The translations under genes and the position numbers were made by a program. DNA of 63,829 nt, filler included, from Octopus bimaculoides (taxonomy: Eukaryota), in NCBI RefSeq assembly GCF_001194135.2. It is 6 parts of 5 records of this genome, joined end to end, with 100 filler letters (N's around TTAATTAATTAA, not from the genome) between each part and the next. Parts side by side here need not be neighbours in the genome. Positions count along the whole stretch, not along the records: positions 1 to 21,111 come from NC_068982.1; positions 21,212 to 25,369 come from NC_068985.1; 4 more parts are not named here. One strand, written 5' to 3'. The notes under the pieces were generated by a model. The model did no database searches. It was not told where the DNA came from and saw only the letters and a list, made by a program, of their open reading frames with translations. Positions 12,085 through 22,660 of this stretch are shown here, piece by piece (within the stretch, counting starts at the first letter, position 1; each line of letters begins with the position of its first letter).

Positions 12085-13269
12085 ATGAGTGGCAGTTTCT
12101 TAGTGTGGCACACCCTCAAGTGGTTATGTAACTCTGTGCATGAAGATAAAGGGCTTTATTTTCCTGACTGCGCTTAGTGTCTTAATGTTTTAATGTCCGC
12201 GCTGTCTGATCCCATTCTTTAGAAAGGGTACATGGCCACTGCAGGTAAACAGGTTAAACAGATAGATAAAGTGATAGAAAGATAGATACATACATGCATA
12301 TATGCATAAATTTACCATCCATTCAAGTATATGTGTATATATACGTATAACTGAAATAGATTGGTTGTATTTGCGATTGAAACAAATTCACATAACTGGC
12401 AGCTAATCTATAACACTACAATGCTTAGCGCTACTAATTATTTATCCGATCTTACCAGTTTAATGAAATTTGCTCACCTTTCATATTAGCAAATGCCCCA
12501 GTCCCGACCAACTCTTTCGCCACTCTGTATTCTTTTGACTACCGTCTCCATGAATATATATAACATGATTGGCATCTAGTTCTATTCCAGAAAAATTTGA
12601 GAAGCTGAGCAACCATAGCAATTTATTCATTCACAAATTAATATCTTAAATAATTAAATTATATATTTTTATACTTTATGAAAAATTATTTTTGCTTTTC
12701 AGTTCCATTTGTATTATATTATTTTTTTTACGTAATATATTTTCCTTCATATTATTTTTTTATGTATCATATTTTCCTTCATATTCTTTTTATGGCAAAC
12801 TGTATCCTTTTACAGCCTAACTTCACTAAACCATCTCTTGTGGCATACGATGCAATCTTACCTTCGTCAAAAAAGAAAAAGGAAAGAAGAAAACAAGCTC
12901 ACAACAACAAAAGACACGAACTATCAATAAGTATAACTCATATTACTTCGAATTACAGGACATAGCTTATTGGTACGAAGAAAACATTAAATTTCTTTTA
13001 ATGGGGTTCATAAAATTGGAGGCAATGAGGAATATACATCTCATTTTTTTCCCCCTCCTAACAATCTTTCCCTTTTCCCTTTATTACATTATTGATTTCT
13101 CACTCTGGCAGAAAACCACAAATTTATAGAGTAATCGGAAACATGATATTGTCATAAAATGCCTTCAATTAGGACTAGAAACTCAGTCAATATCACTGGT
13201 AAGGGACTCAACTCTACCCTACGATATTATCTTCATTATTACTATAACCTCCAATTTATTATCTTCAAG

Positions 13270-13400
13270 TTAGACTTGGTTGACTTGACCTACGCCGAAA
13301 GGCACTCCAGCCATGATCATTACATCATTTATTCAGACAGTCAATGCAGGATCATACTATCCAAGAGTCCGTCTAATCTCTTTGAAGACAATAGGGTGTT
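13270..13400 (+). pseudogene. Possible RNase H remnant of a non-LTR retrotransposon
   Basis: DLTYAERHSSHDHYIIYSDSQCRII resembles the IIYSDS motif around the third catalytic Asp of LINE RNase H. Only this motif supports it. Confidence 0.3.
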
Positions 13401-13565
13401 ATATAAACAAGTATTTGGCTGCTATTTCAAATATGTAAATCATCTAGACACGGGCTTCTTCATAGAAGGACATTATATCAACTATACTCTTTTCCTGATA
13501 TGTACCAGTGATCCTGAGTTAGAAACTCCTATTTCTATTATTATCACTGTCATTTGACGTTCGGA

Positions 13566-13786
13566 AGGCGGAGAGCTGGCATGATCGTTACCACGACCAA
13601 TAAAATGCTTAGCGGCATTTCGTCCGTCTCTACGGTCTGAGTTCAAATTCCGCTTAGGCCGACTTTGCCTTTCATCCTTTCGAGGTCGATAAAACAAGTA
13701 CCAGTTGAGCACAGGGGTTGATGTAATCGACTTAACACACTCCCCTGAAATTGTTGGCCTTCTGCCAAAATTTGAAACCATTATTA
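13566..13786 (+). mobile_element. tRNA-derived SINE family A, monomer
   Basis: Head aggcggagagctggc..., B-box-like gagttcaaattcc, body gactttgcctttcatcctt...gtcgataaa, tail gaaaccattatta. Confidence 0.9.
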
Positions 13787-13839
13787 GATGTTCGGATAAA
13801 ATATCCTATACATGCATGCGCATACATAAATGCGCATTA

Positions 13840-13886
<47 letters not shown>

Positions 13887-14597
13887 TTCAGTTTATCTCA
13901 CATTATTGCGGGAGAAATAGAATAAGAACCATTCTTTTTCCGGTATTAATGTAAATCCTGTATATATAACACTGTGTCGATTGAATTGGCAAACAGGTAA
14001 TGATTTAAGTAACTTTAAGAGTACAGATTCATATTCCCTGGTTCATGTAGATGCACTAATCTTTGAACTTATGTAGTAACCATATAACCACATAAGAATA
14101 CACACAGCATATCAGCACTGCATTTAATGTACTGCTTATATATTTCCTAGTTTCATAAATTATTCTTTAGAGTACTTAATTTAAGTAAATGGGATCATTG
14201 AGTTGCATATTAAGAGAACATTGACACATTTTATTGTGCTAATAATGGCAAGATACAAAGTTAAGCTTCCTCAAAAAGAGAATACAATTAACTGCAACGA
14301 TTGCATTGCATATGTTGTCTTAATTCCCTGTGGTAAAAGGGTTCTTCAAATGAAATAAGCATCCACGAACCGCACACTTAATTCCCGGTAAAATTGCTAT
14401 ACTTCGTTGGCTCTTATAACTTGTGATTTCTAAGTGTATATTCTTTAACTACCTGATACGTTTACCAACTCTTAATATATTACACGAAGACAATCTTCGC
14501 ATTCATCAATTCAATACTGACCTCAAAACTTGTAATTTTGATAGTACGCTATTAGTCCCATGTAGCTTGTTGAGTTGTTATCATTATGTTATATCTA

Positions 14598-14817
14598 AGG
14601 TGGCGAGATGGCAGAACCGTTAGCATGCAGGACGGAATGCTTAGCGGTATTTTGCCCGTCGCTACGCTTTGAGATCTAATTCCGCCGAGGTCGACTTTGC
14701 CTTTCATCCTTTCGGGGTTGATAAATTAAGTACCAGTAGAGTACTGGGGCTGATCTAATCGACTTAACCCCTTCCACAAATTTCAGGCCTTGTGCCTATA
14801 GTAGAAAGGATTATTAT
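14598..14817 (+). mobile_element. SINE family A, monomer
   Basis: aggtggcgagatggcagaaccgttagc ... gtcgactttgcctttcatcctttcgggg ... gtagaaaggattattat. Confidence 0.9.
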
Positions 14818-14829
14818 GATATCTCTATA

Positions 14830-15042
14830 AGGCGGCGAGCTGGCACAATCGGTAGCGCGCAGGACGAAATGCTAAGCGGTGTCTCGCCCGTTGCTACCTT
14901 CTGAGTTCAAATTCCGTGAAGATCGACTTACCTTTCATCCTTTCGAGGTCGATAAAATAAGTACCAGTTGGATACTGGGGTCGATGTAATTGACTCATCC
15001 CCACCTACCCCAAGCTACCCTTGTGGCAAACATTTGAAATAA
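14830..15042 (+). mobile_element. SINE family A, monomer (tail interrupted by Helitron)
   Basis: aggcggcgagctggcacaatcgg ... gagttcaaattcc ... catttgaaataa, then the Helitron 5' TC. Confidence 0.9.
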
Positions 15043-17806
15043 TCTGTATATTAATACGCTTGTACCGTCAGTGTTTGTCACACTAAGGGGAGATAAGTCA
15101 GAATTAAATTTGAGTTATTTCCCTTGGCTTTGTGAAGAGAAGAAAAGGGCGATGTACCATCGATATATAAAATAGGAAAGTGCTGTAACTGATGTATTTC
15201 ACATACACTTCCACTCAATAACTTAATATGTACTTATATTATTAATAAATGTCTGTCTGCCTGCCTTCCCCCCCCTCTCTCTCTGTTTCACACTCTCTCT
15301 ATTTCTCTCTGACTCACTTTTCTTCTTTCTCTATATGATATGAAATATAGCTGACTTATTCTACAGATTTATATAAACTACCTGGGCCCGAGAAAACTTC
15401 ACGGAAACAAAATATGAAAGCATCTTTAAATAGTGACCATATTTAACTATCGAATAATTTTTATTATTTTTGTGTTATACTACAAATAATCATACATTTT
15501 CATACAATATAATTTTATAGGTTTTCAGTTCGACAGTTAATATACTGCATATTGCACAAATCTCATTTCCAATTCACGTGAGGTGTGAGCTTTGAGGTTC
15601 TTTTTGTTTGTTTTTCACTGGACACATAAATATGATGCATCCGAAATAATTCATCATAATTATTGAGAATATTGAATAATAAACAAAAACTTACATAACA
15701 TTCCCAGTTTTTTTTTATCTGGACACAATTTGCGTATAGCCTATGGAAATTAAAAATGGTGGGATGCAACCGTAGACCTCCACAAATAAAGATTTTTTTC
15801 ATGTAGCTAAACATATTTTAACGTTGCATTGTATTCCCGAAGAAACTCATCGCAGTATAGTTACAAATGATTACATATTATTTGATTGAGCATTAATACG
15901 CTTCTACCGTCGGTGTTTGTCACGCTAAGGGAACTGTTTTCTTATATCACTTACACATTCAGCCATTCTTAAAAAATGGTAAAGTGAATAAGTGAACAAA
16001 GAGCGGCAGCAAGAGAGGGACAGAGAAGAGAAGACGACGACAACGGTTACCAGCAGAAGAGAGGCAAGTAATCCGTAACCGTATTTGGGAACAAATTCAA
16101 GAACTGAGGAATAGTATGAACCAAGACGAGAGAGAACTTTATTTTCAGAATAGAAAAAATAGAGATCAAGAGAGAAGAAATAACGTGAATCCCGAGGAGA
16201 GAGTTCAACAGCGGAGAAACGCCATAAATGAAGATCAACCTTTAGGATTCCATATTGGTGATATGAATGTTATTTGTCGATACTATTTGAGCTCCAAGAT
16301 TCTCAAGAGAGATCCTGAACCATTGTCACAATGGAAACGTATTAATTCCTGCTTTACAAGAATATCCTGGTAATCTTAGGTAATTATGTGATATAAATAA
16401 TCACGAAGGATCTCATTTTAGGAACAACATATGAAAATATAATTCTACCTTTTCATTTGCTTCTTTTGGTGCTAATATCAAACCTCCACAGGACCTGGCT
16501 CTTATTGCTTCCGATTACAAGGTCGAATATATCATTACGCCAACAATCTGCAGCATCCAAATGAAACTGAACAGAAAAGATATGGTCAGCTCTACATCAT
16601 AGAAACAAATGAAGCAATCTATACCCGAGCTAATGTTAATGAAAATGCCAATTGTTTATTATCGGTATTTGAACAAATATCGGTTGCAATGAATAATAAT
16701 TCTTATGCAGCAGCATACAATAATCTGAGAACCATTGAAATGCAAGAGCAAGGAAGAGCTGCAAGAGAAAATATTCCTTCTAGAAAAGTAACCATGCACT
16801 TCATCCCAGGTCCTGATACAAGAAGATAGAATAATACAGCGAACAATGAGATTGCGGCAATTTTTGTTGGTGAAGATGGAGCGCCGCCAGTACATCGTGA
16901 TATTGTTGTATATCCTATAAGACAACATAAAGAGAGAATATCGTACATTTCCTACCGTTTAGACCTCATGGTTTATCCTCTTCTTTTTCTAAATGGCGAT
17001 GAAAGATGGCATGCCAGCATACTGCACGTACAACATCATCAAACAAGAATTCGTGACAAAGTAAGAATGCAGGAATTCTACGCATATCGTTTGGCCACAA
17101 GAGGCGGTTTCAGTGCAATACATTGAGCGGGAAAATTATTTCAACAATATAGTGTTGATGCATATGTTAAAGTGTTGTTTGAATTTCATTCATTCAAAAT
17201 AACCATGCACTGTTGAGAGTTACAATGTACTCTGGCCTCATGGATCACCTAGCGTGGAACAATCAAAGTGAAGTGCCAGGAGTCCTTGTCATTCTGCATT
17301 CAACTTTCACCGGATGTCCTAGGAATATACAACAATAATATCAAGATGCAATGGCGATAGTTTGTAAATATGGAAGGCCTGACCTCTTTCTACTTATATT
17401 TGCAATACGAAATGTCAAGAAGCTACTGAAAACCTATGGCCTCCCGAAACAGCTCAAAACAGGCTACATTTAGTAGTGCGTGTTTGCAAATTACATCTGA
17501 ATGAATTGATAGTTGATATTAAAGAAAGGCATGTGCTTGGTGTCCTTAGTGCTCATATACATGTGATTGAATTCCAGAAAAGAGGTCTTCCGCAATGTCA
17601 TATGCTTATCATGTTGCGTGAAGAAGATAAAATTAGAACAAAAGAACAGATTAATAACATTGTCTCATTCTGTTAATCTTCTACAAGATTATATACCAAA
17701 ATGAAAACAAAAATATTTCATTGCATAACTACAGAAATCTTCAACGCTATACAAATGGAACATTCTAAAACAGATGCCACTGCTAAGAGTCGAGTAACTT
17801 TGCTAG
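15043..17806 (+). mobile_element. Internally deleted Helitron with both termini
   Basis: A|TCtgtatattaatacgc at 15042/15043; Rep-region coding remnants 16110-17676; 3' gccactgctaagagtcgagtaactttgCTAG|T at 17776-17807. Rep remnants are strong evidence; terminus placement is moderate. Confidence 0.75.
16110..17676 (+). pseudogene. Helitron RepHel, N-terminal and Rep region (frameshifted)
   Basis: IGDMNVICRY; HFRNNI*KYNSTFSFASFGANI; YCFRLQGRIYH; YGQLYII; NEIAAIFVG; DLMVYPLLF; FYAYRL; AGKLFQQY.VDAYVK; YQDAMAIVCKYGRPDLF; HVIEFQKRGLPQCHML (HUH-motif region). Confidence 0.95.
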
Positions 17807-18099
17807 TGTATGAATATCTTTATGTAGTATCACAAATTAAAATGAAACAAAGAAAATAAATAACCATACAACTCTGTCATAGATCGTCTAAACTTTTTCT
17901 TAAAAAAAATAATCGCAATGTTTCTATCACTAGCACTTTTTCAATGCGCTCCTCTTTACTACGATTCAACGCTTCCCTTATTTTTTCATTTTTGGTGTAC
18001 ACAAACACAAGGGCAGAGTAATTTAATTCCGTGTACTAGTTTGATGCGGGTGATTATTTACGAGCCATCACCCTAATATAAGAGAATATTTTAAGGGTG

Positions 18100-18317
18100 T
18101 GTGCTGGCAGAATCGTTAGCATGCCAGACGAAATACTTAGCAGCATTTCATCCTTCTTCGTTGCGTTCTGAATTCAAATTCCTCCGAAGTCGACTTTGCC
18201 TTGCATCCTTTTGGGGGTCAATAAAATAAGTACCAGTTGAGCACTGGGGTCGATGTAATCGACTTACCTGCTCCCTATAAGTTGCTGGTCTGGTGCCAAA
18301 AGTTGAAATCAATATTA
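18100..18317 (+). mobile_element. SINE family A, monomer
   Basis: gctggcagaatcgttagc ... aattcaaattcc ... gtaccagttgagcactggggtcgatgtaatcgac ... gttgaaatcaatatt. Confidence 0.9.
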
Positions 18318-18475
18318 GCAAACTTCTGACCTAAGTTATTGACCCAAACTTTAGTTCATGGCTTTGGACAAACTCAGGTTAATATTGTTGGTTTGAGAGG
18401 CTAACACGCAGTTTACCATAGTGGTATATTTAAATAAAAGAAAAAAATAGTTATTATGTAAATAAGAGATGAATA

Positions 18476-18884
18476 CTCTTTTCTGCACAAGATACGAAAT
18501 TTTGGGGGAGGGGACGAGTCGATTAGATCGACCCCAGTACGCAACTGGTACTTAATTTATCGACTCTGAAAGGATGAAAGGCAAAGTTGACCTCGGCGGA
18601 ATTTGAACTCAGAACGTAAAGACAGACGAAATACCGCTAAGTATTGCACCCGGCGTGCTAACATTTCTTATTTCTTTATTGCCCACAAGGGGCCAAAAAT
18701 AGAGGGGACAAACAAGGACAGACAAAAGGATTAAGTCGACTACATCGACCCCATTTCGTAACTGGTACTTATTTAATCGACACTTAAAGGATGAAAGGCA
18801 AAGTCGACCTCGGCGGAATCTGAGCTCAGAAATACCACTAGGCATTTCGACTGGCATGCTAGCGATTCTGCCAGCTCGCCGCCT
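18476..18884 (-). mobile_element. Dimeric SINE family A with 13-bp TSD
   Basis: Two monomers joined at ...ggcgtgctaac|atttcttatttctttattgccc; flanked by TAAGAGATGAATA at 18463-18475 and 18885-18897. Confidence 0.92.
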
Positions 18885-19156
18885 TAAGAGATGAATATTA
18901 AAAAAACAAAACTGCACAACTGGATCTATTGCCCCTGTATCAACACCTTCATCTTTAGTATCCGTAAGAAATTTTCCATAACCTTCCAGGTGATTGTATT
19001 GTGCAGTTTAAGAAGCGCTCTTCCAAAAAGGGAAATTCTAATTATACTTATGACTTCTTTCAGATACTTTCACAAGAAGTACAAAACGTACGATATCACT
19101 CCTAAAACATACTAGGGAAACTAATAAATGTGAGTCTATCGACATCGTATGTTGTA

Positions 19157-19280
19157 CGAGGGGTGTAATGAAAAGTTTTAAGCCTTCAAGGCCTTTGAAC
19201 CTTGAAGTCTTGTACCTTCATCAGAAGTCTTGTACCATGTTTTGTTTTTTGAGGCTCAAGACTTTTCATACACCCCATCG
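19157..19280. mobile_element. 124-bp mariner-type MITE
   Basis: TA|cgaggggtgtaatgaaaagttttaagcct ... aggctcaagacttttcatacaccccatcg|TA; ~29-bp imperfect TIRs with TA TSD. Confidence 0.85.
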
Positions 19281-21078
19281 TATATTGGGCAATAACTTCT
19301 GCAAATGGGAATATTTATGTTTGACTGGGAAATATTATACCATAGACTGCTCACGTCAATAGCTGTTTCTACTTCAAGCAACAATTTTCGAGTCTAGGAT
19401 GTCGGTCGACAACATGTATTCTAGTAGTTCTTTTTATCGACTCCACCGAGGAATGGAAAGTAAAGTTAACCTCGGCAGGCGGAACAAATATCACATCCAT
19501 TTCTTTTTCCGACGCTCTAACGGTTTCTAATCGCTACTCTATTCACGTAAGTAATGAATAAAAAATAGAAAATATTCATGATTTGCAAACTGAGTGAGAT
19601 AGGTTTACTATCCCTTTTGAGAGCAATAGATAAATATGTTCTTTCTTGTAACAAATAGAACGAAACTCTACAGAAGATCTGTGTCTAAATTCCTCGATAC
19701 TATCTTAAAAAAGTACACATTTTAGTGTGTTTCTGTATACATACATACATACATACATACATACGTACATACATACATACATATATNNNNNNNNNNNNNN
19801 NNNNNNNNNNNNNNNNNNNNNNNNNNNNNNNNNNNNNNNNNNNNNNNNNNNNNNNNNNNNNNNNNNNNNNNNNNNNNNNNNNNNNNNNNNNNNNNNNNNN
19901 NNNNNNNNNNNNNNACATACATGTATGTGCATATATCTTTAAGCAGTGCCTTAAATAACATTTAAATAAAACGGCTATTTCCGAAGAAGCCATTCTTAAG
20001 AAGAATAAATTATTTTCACCGGCTGAAAGATATATTTAGATATCTCCAATTTTTTTTTTATCATACTTTTGATTATAAATTCGCTATCTCTGCAGATCTT
20101 ATTGCCATTTCTGATTGTTTTGACGGCTAAAGATTGATTCACGGGTTACATTCAAATAACCATCTCACAAAATGTTCGCAGTATAAGAAATAATATTAAT
20201 GTTTGCATTACTATAGAAACCTAAATGTATTTTACAAGTTTTACAATTTTTTAAATGTATTTAATGTAATTTTGTGATTCGAAATTATATAATTTTCCAA
20301 AAAAGAAAGCAAAAAACATCTATTTGCTGTAAATAAATACATTATAAATGCGATTTATTAAATATTTTCAAAATAATGTAAAAGAATAATTTAATAAAAT
20401 ATAATATTAATAAAAGTGTGTGTGTGTGTGTTTGGTGTGGTTTGGTATGGTGTTTGTATGCGTAAATGCGAAGGGTGATATCTGTGTTTGTTTGTTTGGT
20501 ATGAAGGAGGTCCTATTTTCATGGTCTTGGAAATTTTCCTAAGACGATGCCGTTAACACTTTCCTGAATAATTGCATATCAACATTTACAAAAATAAAAT
20601 AAAGTAAAGAAACCCAGAAGGATGACATCCTGAGGAAGAAGGACTGGGCAGTAGACGTAGAAGTTATTGGGCAAGATGGAATTTGACACAATAGAGTTCA
20701 CGAAATGAACAGAGATGGTAGCGCCTAATTAAAGCTGGTACGACATATACCATCACCGAGTTAAAGACCACTATACTATCGGTAAACAAATACAAAGGGA
20801 AAATTGCACGTCTGTATGCCAAAGGCTGAAGCGTGTGACTTGGTAATTGTCACTCGTTTAGTATCTCTTTGGATGGATCCTAGGAGGTTAGAGCATGTAG
20901 AAGATGTATCGTCCCAGGTGTAAGAGTAGTGGGTCATTGAAGATCCCACTTACACGCTCTAGATATCGATGTTTACTAGCTGGTGCATTTTGAATTATTT
21001 TGAAGATTTTTGAGTAAGAATAGACTTTACCTTGCTACTTAACTGTCTCCCTCTCTCACTGTATGCATGTATGTATGC

Positions 21079-21111
<33 letters not shown>

Positions 21112-21529
21112 NNNNNNNNNNNNNNNNNNNNNNNNNNNNNNNNNNNNNNNNNNNNTTAATTAATTAANNNNNNNNNNNNNNNNNNNNNNNNNNNNNNNNN
21201 NNNNNNNNNNNAATGGTTATGCTACAAAGTATTAAATCAGAATTATCAGTTATTTATGTTCTGTACGAATACTTTTTTCACCCTTAAATATTTATATTTG
21301 TATATAAATTCATTAGTTACTATAATTTATTAGTTTCTTTTGCATATTCTTAGTTTATGTATGTGTATGCAAATATAGTATTGGTATATCCCATTTATGC
21401 TCATTAGAAATTAAATAAAGAATTTTGACATGTACGAATATTTATTTCCCCCCACTGTATATATAAAGTAAATACACATAATTCAAAAACACGTTTTGTG
21501 TAGCTTATTTCGTAAGCATAAAAACAGGT

Positions 21530-22170
21530 ACAGATCATAAACAATGAAAGGCCAATTTTGGTGATTCATTTGACAGAGGTAGTAGAGAGCTAATCCAATA
21601 ATAAATCTGACTTTGGATCTTGAAAGTATGCATGAATCCTGGCTCAGTTAAATCTCTTGTGGCTCCAAATGATGTCATCTGTAGTGCAACATTGTATTGT
21701 CTCATTTTGTTTTAGAAGTGGTTGGAATCTTGGTCAGTTAATGACAACAGTTTCTTCAATGGCTCAGGCAGTTGGGGGACTGCAGGAAGTTTAACCTTTC
21801 CACCACTGCAGCACAGTGCAGGTGTTTCTCCAAGCCACTTCCTTGCTTGCTTTACAATAAATGCACTCATTGTCATTGCACCAATGGAAACTCTAGTGTC
21901 AACTGCATAATGAACTGCTGCATCGTAATTGAAAGCTGCTTCATAGAAGTTGCTTCTCTGCTCTTCATTCTGCAGTGGAGATCTTATTCCTTTTCAGCTC
22001 TACATATCTCTGTTCCTCACTTTGAGATGCTCTGGCTTTTGTAGTGCACAGTCTATTTGTTTCTTGGTATGCTTCCCTTTCTGCAGCTGTCTCTCTTTCC
22101 ATAGACAGAGATATTCTTTTGGCTGACCTTGACATTGTAGAAAAATTTGACACTTTCCTTCTAGGCATGG
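21530..22170 (-). pseudogene. Second Helitron family, RepHel N-terminal region
   Basis: Minus strand MPRRK...RETAAEREAYQETNRL...EAAFNYDAAVHY...SIGAM..(fs)CIYCKA(fs)RKWLGETPALCCSGGKVKLP..PEPLKKLL...HF*NKMRQYN..LQMTSFGA...TFKIQSQIY. Confidence 0.9.
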
Positions 22171-22286
22171 TGATATATGTATATAGAAAATAGTAAACAA
22201 TGAAAATAACTGGGTAATGGAAATTATATTTCTTAATACAATGGGCAGAAAGCAAATAAGAAATTTTTATGGAAAATAAAGAATTG

Positions 22287-22660
22287 TACAGGTTGAAGTG
22301 AAATTTGTCAGTGAACCAAAGAGGCAGTATCAAAGGAACCAGAAAAAAGCCGCTAACAACAGAAAAACACAAAACCGTTGCAAAAGTAAATAACAAATTT
22401 TTAGGGAAATTAACTAAGTGTACAGATTTTAGTGAATTTTTGAAGTTACTTCTGTCAGTAAATTATGAACTTACTTTTATCAGCAATTCCATCAACAACA
22501 AAAAAACACAAAATGTTGCAAAAGTAAATAAGAAATGTGTAGACAAATTTCACGAAGTGTACGGATTGAAGTGAAATTTATGAAGTTACGTCTGTCAGTA
22601 AATTATGGATGAAATTACTTCTATCAGTAAATGTGAACTTCTTTCTGTCAGTAATTTGTC
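22287..22660. repeat. Degenerate tandem repeats upstream of Helitron 2 ORF
   Basis: Recurring gaagtgaaattt, aaacacaaaa..gttgcaaaagtaaataa (x2) and gaagttac.tctgtcagtaaattatg (x2-3). Confidence 0.6.

Noticed and set aside
21156-21167. TTAATTAATTAA embedded in N runs (also 25414-25425, 33119-33130, 59315-59326, 62508-62519)
   Set aside because: The identical 12-mer is centred in N padding and gives stops in all six frames. It is a scaffolding linker, not biology.
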